Source: Klebsiella phage ST11-VIM1phi8.2
Length of the DNA: 48,230 bases
Sequence record: MK448234.1
Reading direction: 5' to 3' (one strand)
The position numbers and the translations under genes were made by a program. Shown in pieces: positions 18,706 to 27,478 of this stretch (within the stretch, counting starts at the first letter, position 1; each line of letters begins with the position of its first letter). The notes under the pieces were generated by a model. It worked only from the letters and a program-made list of their open reading frames with translations. It made no database searches and was not told the origin of the DNA.

Positions 18706-20012
18706 CAGAATGTCGTGTCCAGTGAAATAGAGAATGCAGGTCGAACGATTGGGAATTGCTTCACAATGAAGTAACCAGCGCCATCGTTGGGGTGATCGTT
18801 ATCGCTCTTTTTATCCGGCTCGCCGTTTTTATCCCACACCTGTTGTTCCAGGCAGTCGGCATAGACCGGGCAACGGGCCACATTCACCTTGTACCGGCGA
18901 TCGCCATTACCATTGCAGAACATGGCGTTCATGGAGTTGATGCGGTCCTTTACCGGCGGGTTAGCATCATCAACGATGACGTTAAATCCGGCCTGTCGGA
19001 GCTGCTCAATATCTGTTTTGCTGGCGTTGTTTGATTTCCTGGAGTCACCAGAGGCATCCGGGTAAATATAAATCTCGCGGACCTTACGGTAGTCACCGTC
19101 GGCATACAGCCAGAAACGTTCCTTGATGATGCGTATCATGTCTGGCGTATCGTAAGCGTTGATAATCTCTGTTACCGCGTGTGGTAAGCCGAGCCGCAAT
19201 ACATGGACGATCCCGGCCATCTTCCCGACGTTGAAATCCATCCCGATATACAGCGCTTCACCTGGCTGCTCTTCCTCACTGGAATTATTCAGCACTCTGT
19301 CGAACTGATGATAAATGGTGCCGCTGGTCAGGTTAGTAAACTGGCCGTTCAGATATGCCTTGATCAATTCCGGCGGGTAACTCGCCAGAAGCGAAGGAAT
19401 ATAGTCGTCCGGCAGGTTCTTTTCGTTGTCGAATGTCGAAGCCTGTACCAGACCATACATCGACCTCAGTTCAGGCTTTTCCCTCACAGCCTTAACAAAC
19501 TGGTTATAGACGAACTTAAATCCTTCAGGTGTGGTAGTCACGTCAATGCCATTACGCAGACCATCAACTTTATAACGCATACGCGCGATTATTTTTCGCC
19601 ACGCCTGACGCGCCTTATCCGCTTTCAGAACGTCGAGTTCATCCACCAGCGCATTGCCGATTTTAAAGCCTACTATCGTGTCGGGCTTTTCCATCGACCG
19701 ACAAATTGTCGTGCCGCGGTACTGGCGCCCACTGTAGAAATGGACCTCTTTGTTGCTTTCAACGATTTTGACTTTCAGTCCCCAGTCGTGAGCAACTTCT
19801 TCCACCGTGGGGTAGAAAATATCGCGGATCTGAGGATAAGTCGGGGCAAAGTAGCCTTGGTTTATTTTGGGGAACTCCCAGAACCCTTTGCATATTCCAC
19901 CGCAGCCAACCCATGTCTTACCGGATCCAAAACCAGCTACATAGGCTTTGAACTTCTGCTGCATAGCCAGAAAACGAGCCTGGGGAACGTTAAGCGTCGG
20001 AGCTATCGCCAT
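18705..20012 (-). CDS. Terminase large subunit
   Basis: 435 aa. N-terminal Walker A GFGSGKT. C-terminal nuclease-like acidic residues. Confidence 0.85.
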   Translation of the reverse strand: MAIAPTLNVPQARFLAMQQKFKAYVAGFGSGKTWVGCGGICKGFWEFPKINQGYFAPTYPQIRDIFYPTVEEVAHDWGLKVKIVESNKEVHFYSGRQYRGTTICRSMEKPDTIVGFKIGNALVDELDVLKADKARQAWRKIIARMRYKVDGLRNGIDVTTTPEGFKFVYNQFVKAVREKPELRSMYGLVQASTFDNEKNLPDDYIPSLLASYPPELIKAYLNGQFTNLTSGTIYHQFDRVLNNSSEEEQPGEALYIGMDFNVGKMAGIVHVLRLGLPHAVTEIINAYDTPDMIRIIKERFWLYADGDYRKVREIYIYPDASGDSRKSNNASKTDIEQLRQAGFNVIVDDANPPVKDRINSMNAMFCNGNGDRRYKVNVARCPVYADCLEQQVWDKNGEPDKKSDNDHPNDGAGYFIVKQFPIVRPAFSISLDTTF

Positions 20013-20994
20013 CCTCTTCCCTCACTCGCGCATCGACTACGTTGATATTGATCGCAACTGGCGTTGGTTCGTCATCTTCTGGGTCAGCGGCCAGCTCTTT
20101 ACGGAGCTTGTCGATCTCCAGCTGCCGGCGCTCGATTTCAATCTGCTGTAGACGCTGGGCGAACTCACTGTCAGCCAGGCCGAGACGTTTCATCACCGCC
20201 TCGTACATGCGCTCACGGCTGATGGCGGTTATCTCAACGCCATTCTTACCAAGCTTCACACCGGAATAGGCAAGCGCAGCATCCGGCGCCAGCTTGCGCG
20301 TATCGGCGAAGAAAGGCTGGCCGATGCCATCACCATTACAGCGAGGACATTTCGGGTTAGGCGAGCTGGTATGGTCGTAACCGTAGCCGCCTCTGTCGTT
20401 TGGCTCTTTCCCTTTCTTCGCTAAAGCCTCAGCCAGCTTCTCTTCGAACTCAACCGCATCGCGCCATTGATACTGGTGACCGAAGCCCCAGCAGTAACGG
20501 CAGCTCCCGCGGCGATACTGAGAAAGTTGGTTGGCGTCGAATGTTGCCAGCCGCCACATCTGCTCAAGCACTTCATCAGCGCTGCCAAGCGTGCGCACAA
20601 TGGATGCTTTCTGCTGCTGCGCAATGGCCTGCGCAACTGAAGTTTTCTGAAGCAGCTGATAGCCAATTTGTTCAGCAGTCTTCTTGCTGTACCCGGCACG
20701 GATAGCGGCCTGCGTGGCGTTGTGGTCCTTCAGGTATTCTGCGACAAATAAACGTTGCTGATCGGTGAGGCCATCATCATCCACCAGCTCTTCTGCGCAC
20801 TTTTCCTTTTGCGCAGTGCGCAGTTTCTTCTGCGCAGGTTTTTGCGCAGTTTGCGCAGTGGGTTTCTTGATGTATCGGCGGGCAGTAGCGTAATTCAGTC
20901 CCTGCGCTTCACACCAATCCTTCGGTGATACGCCGGTTGCGGCATGATCGGACAGGAACCGTCGCTGAAGCTCGCCCCAGTCCGGTTTTGCCAT
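19990..20994 (-). CDS. Terminase small subunit
   Basis: 334 aa. N-terminal HTH-like region. Overlaps the large terminase start. Confidence 0.6.
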   Translation of the reverse strand: MAKPDWGELQRRFLSDHAATGVSPKDWCEAQGLNYATARRYIKKPTAQTAQKPAQKKLRTAQKEKCAEELVDDDGLTDQQRLFVAEYLKDHNATQAAIRAGYSKKTAEQIGYQLLQKTSVAQAIAQQQKASIVRTLGSADEVLEQMWRLATFDANQLSQYRRGSCRYCWGFGHQYQWRDAVEFEEKLAEALAKKGKEPNDRGGYGYDHTSSPNPKCPRCNGDGIGQPFFADTRKLAPDAALAYSGVKLGKNGVEITAISRERMYEAVMKRLGLADSEFAQRLQQIEIERRQLEIDKLRKELAADPEDDEPTPVAININVVDARVREEDGDSSDA

Positions 20995-21098
20995 GGATTA
21001 TTCCTATTTAACGTGAGGGAGAAAAAGGAATTACTGATTCTCCATAAAATATTCACTTTTATGTTTTGGAATTAAGGCTCTTTAGTTCAGGAGTTATT

Positions 21099-21227
21099 AT
21101 GAAAAGAATTATGCTTGCTGTTTTTGTGATCTGTGGTGCGCTGTCTCTTTCAGGATGTTTCCTTCCCCCTGGGCCTCATAGCGGCGGACATGGTGGAGAT
21201 CACTTCCATGGTCCAGAGCATCGTTAA
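21099..21227 (+). CDS. Small lipoprotein (43 aa), bor-like position, His/Gly-rich tail
   Basis: MKRIMLAVFVICGALSLSGC... lipobox. Convergent to the late operon. Ends at a bidirectional hairpin. Confidence 0.4.
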   Translation: MKRIMLAVFVICGALSLSGCFLPPGPHSGGHGGDHFHGPEHR

Positions 21228-21249
21228 CCGCCTGAGGACTTTCATTTTA

Positions 21250-21395
21250 CAGAAATGAAAAAGGCCGCAAAATTATGCGGCCTTTGGTCACTACCAACCA
21301 GCGTATAAAGAATCTCTCAGGAGCCAACAGATAGAGGTGCATCTATCCGGCTAACTAACCTCTGGCGTTCTGATGTTGGCAGGCAGAGACGTTAT
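21250..21395 (-). ncRNA. Candidate structured sRNA, copy A1 (~146 nt), ending in a Rho-independent terminator
   Basis: A second copy of the same element lies ~1 kb away (A2). Minus-strand 3' end is GGCCGCAuaauuuuGCGGCC + UUUUUCAUUU. An internal stem shows a compensatory change between copies. Confidence 0.3.
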
Positions 21396-21431
21396 GAGAG
21401 TATTGAGTATTTCAAAATACACCGGGAGAAA

Positions 21432-21458
21432 CAGACAATGATATCAGTCCATTGTCTG
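21432..21458 (-). terminator. Hairpin terminator after small ORF 21543..21734 (9-bp perfect stem CAGACAATG/CATTGTCTG + TTTCT)
   Basis: Seen directly in the sequence. Confidence 0.4.
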
Positions 21459-21542
21459 ACGGGCATTATCACAGGCACTCAATGAATACCTGCTGTAATG
21501 CGGTCAGATACCAGTTTATAACCTGACCAAATGTTACTTAGA

Positions 21543-21734
21543 TCACAATCCATAGAACCACCCACCAATGCCAAAGGCTGCAGCGATCACCAGACAAGCA
21601 ATTGCCGTTTTAGGCATTAACACACCGTAAAATGCAGGAGACAATCCCAGGAATAAAACCATTAGCACTGGCCACATACTAAGCAACAGGAAAAAGTAGC
21701 CATTTATACCACCGCTGCTAAACGTCACATTCAC
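21543..21734 (-). CDS. Small membrane protein (63 aa, 2 TM)
   Basis: Hydrophobic ORF with an SD (GGAG) upstream. Followed by the 40-bp B repeat. Confidence 0.35.
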   Translation of the reverse strand: MNVTFSSGGINGYFFLLLSMWPVLMVLFLGLSPAFYGVLMPKTAIACLVIAAAFGIGGWFYGL

Positions 21735-21856
21735 TCCAAACCATTACCCGGACTTTCCATAGCTTGGTTGCTTCGTTGCATGATATCATACAACTGCCCC
21801 TTATACAGGAGCTTTAACATTATCACAGGCACTCGATGAATGCCTGCTGTAATGCC

Positions 21857-22102
21857 TTAGCTGACTTTCTCAGCGGCAGTATCAAACAGCGCCAGCGCTT
21901 CGGTCGCTTCCTGGATTGCCTTACGGGTCTTCGAGACAATCTCACTTTCCGTGAAAACACGATCGAAAGAGTCAGCGAATAGCTCAGACTTCAGATAGCT
22001 GTCGCCTACCCAGTCAATGGCCAGCTTGGCCGCTGCGGTGTCATAATTAACTTTCTTGATTATATCCAGGCGGATTTGCTCGGATGCAGTGATCTCTGAC
22101 AT
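21857..22102 (-). CDS. Hypothetical helical protein (81 aa)
   Basis: ORF followed immediately by the 40-bp B repeat. Confidence 0.4.
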   Translation of the reverse strand: MSEITASEQIRLDIIKKVNYDTAAAKLAIDWVGDSYLKSELFADSFDRVFTESEIVSKTRKAIQEATEALALFDTAAEKVS

Positions 22103-22225
22103 GTCTTACCTCTGTGCGATGTGGGGAGTATTATCGAAGCCATTCGACAAAATAGCCTCTGTGATGCTTTTGCATTTATCTTTGCCGTGTGTACAAGCTG
22201 AACGGTTTCCTTACGGATGCCTGTT

Positions 22226-22380
22226 ACGCACAATAAAAAAGGTCGCATAAAAAATGCGACCTTTGGTTGGTACCAGTTAGAAAACTAAAATCTCTCAGGA
22301 GCCACCCGGGAGAGGCTTTTCTGCTTTTTAACTGACCACTGCCGTTTTGGTGTTGGCTGGCAGTGATAACGTGGTGATAG
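22226..22380 (-). ncRNA. Candidate structured sRNA, copy A2 (~155 nt), ending in a Rho-independent terminator
   Basis: Minus-strand 3' end is GGUCGCAUuuuuuAUGCGACC + UUUUUUAUUG. The body is homologous to A1, including GGCUCCUGAGAGAUU. Confidence 0.3.
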
Positions 22381-22536
22381 CTTCATTTAAGTTATCGAAA
22401 GCATTTAAATATCGAAAGAGCTCATTGAACCAATCATTTTCAACTTGCCGGAACATTCAACCAGAGCACCAGGCATCTCTGCTGGTCTTTTGATGGCAAT
22501 TCTCAGCTCTCCCGAACGAGGCCGGTAACTAACAAT

Positions 22537-22785
22537 TTATTCGACAGTTCCTTCGGCATTAACCCAAAGATCTAGATGCTTGATGTAGCGTTGGATGGGC
22601 ACATAAATAACCACCCCATCTACAAGGTTAACGGACTTGATAACATATCCCTGCGGAGCTAAATAATCCCCATCACAATGAGGGTGAATAGAGTGCTCGT
22701 CACCGTATCGATAACCATGCGGAAGTTGAGGGAGTGAATTTCTTGTCATGGGCAGCTTCTTAGATAGAAGGAATTGAAAATCCAT
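22537..22785 (-). CDS. Hypothetical protein
   Basis: 82-aa ORF (a likely start is the Met at 22749) in the AT-rich region downstream of the spanins. Confidence 0.3.
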   Translation of the reverse strand: MDFQFLLSKKLPMTRNSLPQLPHGYRYGDEHSIHPHCDGDYLAPQGYVIKSVNLVDGVVIYVPIQRYIKHLDLWVNAEGTVE

Positions 22786-22915
22786 AGTGCCTTAATGCAC
22801 CTGACTTAGATACCAACTTTTCATTTTTCAGCGCTCTGTTGTCTCGTATTCTGATTTTTTGTTCATGTGGCCATGTAAATTTCAATACCTAAAGTGTTCT
22901 GCGTTTGTAGCTGAA

Positions 22916-23146
22916 TTACCTGGAACCCTTCTCTGTGAGCTGCGAGCAATTGGCCTGCACTGCTTTGTTGTGCGCCAGGATGTCACGCTTGGTCTGCTTA
23001 TCCAACACATCGATATCGTGGTCAGTCAGGTAGATGATCCGCACCCAGCTGCAGGCCGTGTCAACGACTACCGGGGCGGGTAAACTTTTCGCGCAACTCC
23101 CGATCAACATCGTCATCGCCCATACGCTTAACGTCTTCCTGTACAT
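22916..23146 (-). CDS. o-spanin (Rz1-like outer-membrane lipoprotein)
   Basis: Start at the internal Met gives MYRKTLSVWAMTMLIGSC, a lipoprotein signal. Overlaps the 3' part of the Rz-like gene in another frame. Confidence 0.5.
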   Translation of the reverse strand: MYRKTLSVWAMTMLIGSCAKSLPAPVVVDTACSWVRIIYLTDHDIDVLDKQTKRDILAHNKAVQANCSQLTEKGSR

Positions 23147-23336
23147 CGCTGGCCCCTTTCGTGACTTCAGCACGGCGTTCTGCCGCGGCGACAGTAGCAG
23201 CGGCGTTCTCTTCGGTACGTTGCTGATCAGCTTTGGCTTTCGCCTTACTGGCCCCGCGAGCATGACCAATGCCGAACGCGCCAGCAATAGCACCCAGGAT
23301 GACGACCACCAGTCCCGCGATAATTTCAAAGCTCAT
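23061..23336 (-). CDS. i-spanin (Rz-like)
   Basis: 91 aa with an N-terminal TM helix then a charged helical periplasmic domain. Overlapped by the lipoprotein ORF. Confidence 0.55.
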   Translation of the reverse strand: MSFEIIAGLVVVILGAIAGAFGIGHARGASKAKAKADQQRTEENAAATVAAAERRAEVTKGASDVQEDVKRMGDDDVDRELREKFTRPGSR

Positions 23337-23677
23337 TGCTGCTCCTTCAGTTCGTCGGCCTTTTCTTTCAATGCTGGCTGGCGTACGTATTGCGATAGTA
23401 CGGCCAGCACCACCAGCGCAGGGCTAATCAACGCAACGATGTTTGGCGGCAGGATGTTTTTGATATCCGGCGGCAGCACCGCCCAGGCGTGCAGCGCAGC
23501 ATCCGGGAACGACTGCGCCCATACACCAACCAGCGCGCCGATAGCTCCCAGCTTTACAGACCACGTTTTCAGCAGCAAGCTGGCATGCCCTACGAACTCC
23601 AGCCGGGTATATTTGCGCAGAAGTAACAGAACGAGCACAGCCACCAGCACAAGCAAAGCGAAAATGATCATCTTCAC
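23333..23677 (-). CDS. Multi-TM membrane protein in the lysis cassette (LysA-like / lysis accessory)
   Basis: 114 aa with 3 hydrophobic segments. Between the endolysin and the spanins. Confidence 0.4.
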   Translation of the reverse strand: MKMIIFALLVLVAVLVLLLLRKYTRLEFVGHASLLLKTWSVKLGAIGALVGVWAQSFPDAALHAWAVLPPDIKNILPPNIVALISPALVVLAVLSQYVRQPALKEKADELKEQQ

Positions 23678-24213
23678 AGGACACGCTCCTTAACCCAGCC
23701 GTAGAGAAAATCCTCGTTGGCTTCGCGGCCCTCCGCCAGTTCGAGGTATCTGGCACCCTGGCTGCAGTTCAGCGCACGCACCAGAACCTGTTCACCCTCT
23801 TTCCCGCGGGCGGAAAGGTATCCCTTAAGCGCGGTGATGGTTCGGGGACCAATGGCGCCATCCGGAATCAGATCGGGATACAGCTTTCCGCGCATATTCA
23901 TTGCGGTCAGCCAGCGCTGGAAAAACTTACTGGCTACAGATGGCCCCATGTTCACGCCAGTGTCGCAAAGCTCATCTGCCAGTAACGTAGATAGAGCTGC
24001 CACCTGGTCAAACCGGGGGCCGGTCCAGTAATCGCTCAGCAGGATTTGCTTTGCTGTTTCCCTGGGCAGGTTCCGCATATCACCGGTGTAGCCATGTGCA
24101 CGGGCGGTGGTCTGCGTGATGCCCCAGCGGGTCGGCCCGCCTTTATCCGACGGATGATCGACATAACCATCCTCCTTGCCGAGGATCCCCTCGATAATCT
24201 GGTCTGCTGTCAT
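23674..24213 (-). CDS. Endolysin: glycoside hydrolase family 108 N-domain plus peptidoglycan-binding domain
   Basis: Motif GYVDHPSDKGGPTRWGIT, the GH108 signature. 179 aa. Confidence 0.8.
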   Translation of the reverse strand: MTADQIIEGILGKEDGYVDHPSDKGGPTRWGITQTTARAHGYTGDMRNLPRETAKQILLSDYWTGPRFDQVAALSTLLADELCDTGVNMGPSVASKFFQRWLTAMNMRGKLYPDLIPDGAIGPRTITALKGYLSARGKEGEQVLVRALNCSQGARYLELAEGREANEDFLYGWVKERVL

Positions 24214-24521
24214 TGTGCTTTCACTCCGGTGATTCGTTCCCAGAAATACGTGAGCGCTACGGAGCCCATCGCGCCGCTTATCCCCGCGGTTGCCAGAATC
24301 ATGTAAATGCTCAGTCCGCTTTCAATGCTCACCAGGCCAGCAATAACGCCGGTAAACCCTGAAACCACCATTTGGGCAAGAGCATTGATCAAGCTCCATG
24401 TTGCCTTGCTCTGCTTCACATCTATCAGGTAGCGGACAAGTCCACCCCAGCAAGCAATGATCAGCAGAACCAGCCAGGACATCCCGGCAATGCTCTCTTT
24501 GTCTTGCATACGCTTAGCCAT
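24210..24521 (-). CDS. Holin
   Basis: 103 aa with 2-3 TM segments, immediately upstream of the endolysin. Confidence 0.65.
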   Translation of the reverse strand: MAKRMQDKESIAGMSWLVLLIIACWGGLVRYLIDVKQSKATWSLINALAQMVVSGFTGVIAGLVSIESGLSIYMILATAGISGAMGSVALTYFWERITGVKAQ

Positions 24522-24630
24522 AGTTACCGCCTCCGATGAAAGATCGGGAAGCTGTGTGTGAGAAGGTCAGGCCCGTCAGGCTGGATTTAACAACGAAGCA
24601 TGTCGGTGATGATTTCCGCGGGACCTGATA

Positions 24631-24656
24631 ATAAAAAAGCCATGCAAATGCATGGC
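24631..24656 (-). terminator. Minus-strand terminator in the late leader (GCCATGCA/TGCATGGC stem + TTTTTTATTAT)
   Basis: Seen directly in the sequence. Confidence 0.45.
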
Positions 24657-24760
24657 CTTGTGATTTGAATCCGTTATTTACAAAATGTATTCGAGACAGT
24701 ATCTTTCGACTTCCGGACAAAAAACATATACCGGGACAAAATCTAAATGTAACTGCCTTG

Positions 24761-24820
24761 CCTGCATGAAACCATGCGGGCTTTTTTTTGCCCAAAGAAA
24801 AAGCCCACCGAAGTGGGCCT
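24761..24820. terminator. Back-to-back terminators. The plus-strand one is CCTGCATG..CATGCGGG + T8. The minus-strand one is GGCCCAC-uucg-GUGGGC + UUUUUCUUU (tR'-like).
   Basis: Seen in the sequence. Lies between the pR'-like promoter and the holin. Confidence 0.5.
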
Positions 24821-25146
24821 TACAGCTATCATCATTTTTTATTAGGTGTGGTGCCGGGTGCCTCCCGGTAAGTCGCCGCCAGTCCACAGACGACTCGCAA
24901 TGCGCAAAAAAACATATCAGACTGGCAATGCCCCTCCGCATAGGGGGATTCACCACACCAAAAATTTAACATCTGATGAAACTCGTTTCAATGCTCTACG
25001 ACGATGTGACAGGGGTACTGATGCAATGCATCTCGCGAATACCCCTGTCGTGTCGCCGGAAAGCAAAAAGCCCAAGGCGTTAACCTCGGGCTTGAATTCT
25101 TTGTGTCGACAATCGAAGCTATGGCGACGATATCAGATTTACATGA

Positions 25147-25175
25147 AATATATGCCTTTCAGTTCGGTTTTGCAA
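25147..25175 (-). promoter_or_regulatory. Late promoter pR'-like (TTGCAA-17 nt-TATATT) overlapping the 3' end of Q
   Basis: -35 at 25175..25170 and -10 at 25152..25147 on the minus strand, with a 17-nt spacer. Position analogous to lambda pR'. Confidence 0.5.
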
Positions 25176-25851
25176 GACTTACATCTAAATTTGTCGCCTT
25201 TTGTTGTGAACGTGATCGCGTTACCGATATGAGAGCGTCGCTATCAAGCTTCACAAAACTGCTGCGCAGCGCCAGCCAATGAGGGAGGTAGGTTTCTGTC
25301 CATGTGGACTTTGCTACACCAACCAGCTCCGCCAGCGCCTGATATTCATACGCCTCCCGCCCTGCCAGCTCGGCTTTGACATCCTGCGCGGCCAGCCAGA
25401 TAAGTTGGCGCAGGCGATCGACTGTTTTCTTTGCAATGCGCACGCCGGCCAGCTTTTCGTTGAATTGCCCCCATGCCCACCGGGTGATCGTCTCCTGGTG
25501 TTCCCAGCGGATATTATCGCTGTAGTTCCACAGCAGCCACGCTTTCTGGTGGTCTTCCAGCGACAGCAGAGCCCGTCGCCAACTTGCCGTCGAATATTCA
25601 ACGGGCAGAACGAGAGCGATTGATGAACCCTTAGCGCGGGACTGGCTGCCGCTCATCGGCGGCCCATCCGGGTTAACCATTTTTTGCTTTACTTCGCTAT
25701 AAACCTTCTTCCTTCCCCGGCTGCGCGCCGTAGCGGTGAATTGCGCGTTTTCTGCAAAGGCTACCAGTTGCCCTTTCGTCGCACCGCTCAGATCGGCGGT
25801 GGCCACTATCAGCTGCTGGCGAACATACTGGAGGTATTGGGTATTAATCAT
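25159..25851 (-). CDS. Late-gene antiterminator Q-like
   Basis: 230 aa. Directly upstream of the pR'-like promoter, tandem terminators and lysis genes. Translationally coupled to upstream nin genes. Confidence 0.55.
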   Translation of the reverse strand: MINTQYLQYVRQQLIVATADLSGATKGQLVAFAENAQFTATARSRGRKKVYSEVKQKMVNPDGPPMSGSQSRAKGSSIALVLPVEYSTASWRRALLSLEDHQKAWLLWNYSDNIRWEHQETITRWAWGQFNEKLAGVRIAKKTVDRLRQLIWLAAQDVKAELAGREAYEYQALAELVGVAKSTWTETYLPHWLALRSSFVKLDSDALISVTRSRSQQKATNLDVSLAKPN

Positions 25852-25988
25852 GCTGTCTCTCCCAGGGTCTGATAGATGCGGACAAAGTTTCTCAGTATGC
25901 GGTAGTCAACCAGTACGGTGCCGCGGTGCCGGCAGAGGCGAAGTTTTTGCCAGCGTTCGCGGATGCGTTCGATAACGTCACGGCTCAT
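25848..25988 (-). CDS. Small basic protein (46 aa), coupled by ATGA overlaps to NinG and Q
   Basis: ATG at 25988 overlaps the NinG stop. Its TGA overlaps the Q ATG. Confidence 0.3.
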   Translation of the reverse strand: MSRDVIERIRERWQKLRLCRHRGTVLVDYRILRNFVRIYQTLGETA

Positions 25989-26632
25989 GCGGCCTCCTGA
26001 TGGCGGGCGCGGCGCTTCTCCAGTGCGCGGGCTCTGCGGGTGAATATGGATTTGATACGCTGCAGGTATGGAATATCGAACCGGCGCAGCTCGTTATCAG
26101 CCTCAAGGCGCTCAACGCGATCCAGGCCAATGCGTTCAATCAGGTGAATGCGGTATTCAACGGCGTTGCCGCTCAACTGCCGATTGCAGCGGGTGCATGC
26201 GGAATGGACATTGAACACGTTGAATTTCAGGTGCGACGCCGCGCCACGGGAACGGTAATGACTGGCATCAATAGCGCTGCCGGTCAGGTAGTTGCTCTTG
26301 CCGATAAGCGGGTTTCCGCAGCTGACGCAGGGCTTACCTTCATCACGAATGCGAATGTACCGGTTAAAGGCTGACTGAGCCTCTTTATCCCATTGAGCCT
26401 TTGTCTTGAATGACTCACGCTTAGCTCGGCGACGTTGGCGCCCCTCCTTCTCGAATTCGCGCTGGCGCTTCACCGCTCTGGCCTTCGCTGCTTCCCGGGC
26501 TTTTGCTGTCTGTTTTTTGCCGATCTCGCTGGCGCATTCAAAACTGCATACCACCTGCCCTTCCCGGGCAGGATGGAACCATTCGCGGCAGTGGGCGCAT
26601 TTACGACGTGCTGGTTTACGCATGATCACCAC
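25985..26632 (-). CDS. NinG / Rap-like protein
   Basis: 215 aa, Cys-rich (CAHC...CSFEC, CVSC...CTRC) and basic. Typical NinG family features and position. Confidence 0.7.
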   Translation of the reverse strand: MVIMRKPARRKCAHCREWFHPAREGQVVCSFECASEIGKKQTAKAREAAKARAVKRQREFEKEGRQRRRAKRESFKTKAQWDKEAQSAFNRYIRIRDEGKPCVSCGNPLIGKSNYLTGSAIDASHYRSRGAASHLKFNVFNVHSACTRCNRQLSGNAVEYRIHLIERIGLDRVERLEADNELRRFDIPYLQRIKSIFTRRARALEKRRARHQEAA

Positions 26633-27284
26633 CCTGGATCTGCACCAAGGTCAGACGGCCGCAGAATACAGCCCCGGTATCGATATACATCTGATTGGCG
26701 TACTGGATTGGCTGATGTGCCGGGGTGTGCCCAAAAATAAACAGGTCGGCACCGGATATTTCATTCACTATCCCATCCTGAGCCGCGCTCACTCTCTCAC
26801 GATTCCAGATCACCTGTTCTGCATCGACGGGCTTGTCATACGCATATTCGTTATGAGGGTAATCAGCATGGCAGACCACCACCCTCTTACCCTCGGTCAT
26901 TACCTCGATGATGAGTGGCAAACCTGCAACTAAATGGGCCAACGCGATAGCCAGGCGTTCTTTGTCGTAGTCAAGGTTAAAGAACCATCCGCCACCGTTA
27001 GCGAGCCAGTGATACACGTTTCCGGAAGAGGATAGTCCGTCGAGCATCATCTGCTCATGGTTCCCTCTTACAGCCATAAACCAGGGCATTGCGATTAGCT
27101 CAAGGCATTCGACGTTTTCCGCACCGCGATCGATAAGGTCACCTACCGAGATCAGTAGGTCACACAATGGGTCAAAACTGACCCTTTCCAGCTCGTTCAT
27201 CAGCAGCGTATGGCAACCATGCAGATCGCCAACAACCCAGATGTTGCGCCAGATAGCTCCATTAATGCTTCGGTAAAGGCTCAT
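26616..27284 (-). CDS. Ser/Thr protein phosphatase (lambda PPase/NinI-like metallophosphatase)
   Basis: Motifs GDLHG, GDLIDRG, GNHE... GHTP of calcineurin-like phosphoesterases. Confidence 0.8.
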   Translation of the reverse strand: MSLYRSINGAIWRNIWVVGDLHGCHTLLMNELERVSFDPLCDLLISVGDLIDRGAENVECLELIAMPWFMAVRGNHEQMMLDGLSSSGNVYHWLANGGGWFFNLDYDKERLAIALAHLVAGLPLIIEVMTEGKRVVVCHADYPHNEYAYDKPVDAEQVIWNRERVSAAQDGIVNEISGADLFIFGHTPAHQPIQYANQMYIDTGAVFCGRLTLVQIQGGDHA

Positions 27285-27478
27285 GCGATTTTCCTTCTGG
27301 CAGCGCGGCGCAACCAGCGGACATCTGCCAGGTGAGCCGTATAGTGAAAGGTGGGGATATCGGAAGGCTTTACTTCTACCTTGCGCTTGCGGCGCGCTGG
27401 CACGCGGAAAATACCGCGCTCCATGACCTTAGCGAGCAGACTGTGCATGCGAAGCCCTCCATTCCTGGGCCCACGCAA
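27281..27478 (-). CDS. Hypothetical nin-region protein
   Basis: 65-aa basic ORF, coupled to the phosphatase gene. Confidence 0.3.
   Translation of the reverse strand: MRGPRNGGLRMHSLLAKVMERGIFRVPARRKRKVEVKPSDIPTFHYTAHLADVRWLRRAARRKIA

Noticed and set aside
21246-21400. Possibility that the A1 element is the cos/pac site (it lies ~250 bp upstream of the small terminase gene)
   Set aside because: A nearly identical second copy (A2) exists 1 kb further away, and both carry strong terminator hairpins. Duplicated cos sites would be deleterious. An RNA element fits better, although a packaging signal elsewhere in 21000-21250 is not excluded.
24514-24969. ORFs 24514..24795, 24678..24956 (minus) and 24685..24969 (plus) in the Q-holin interval
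   Set aside because: This interval contains the pR'-like promoter leader and three terminator hairpins, which are read as codons. It is better explained as a non-coding late leader (6S-like RNA).
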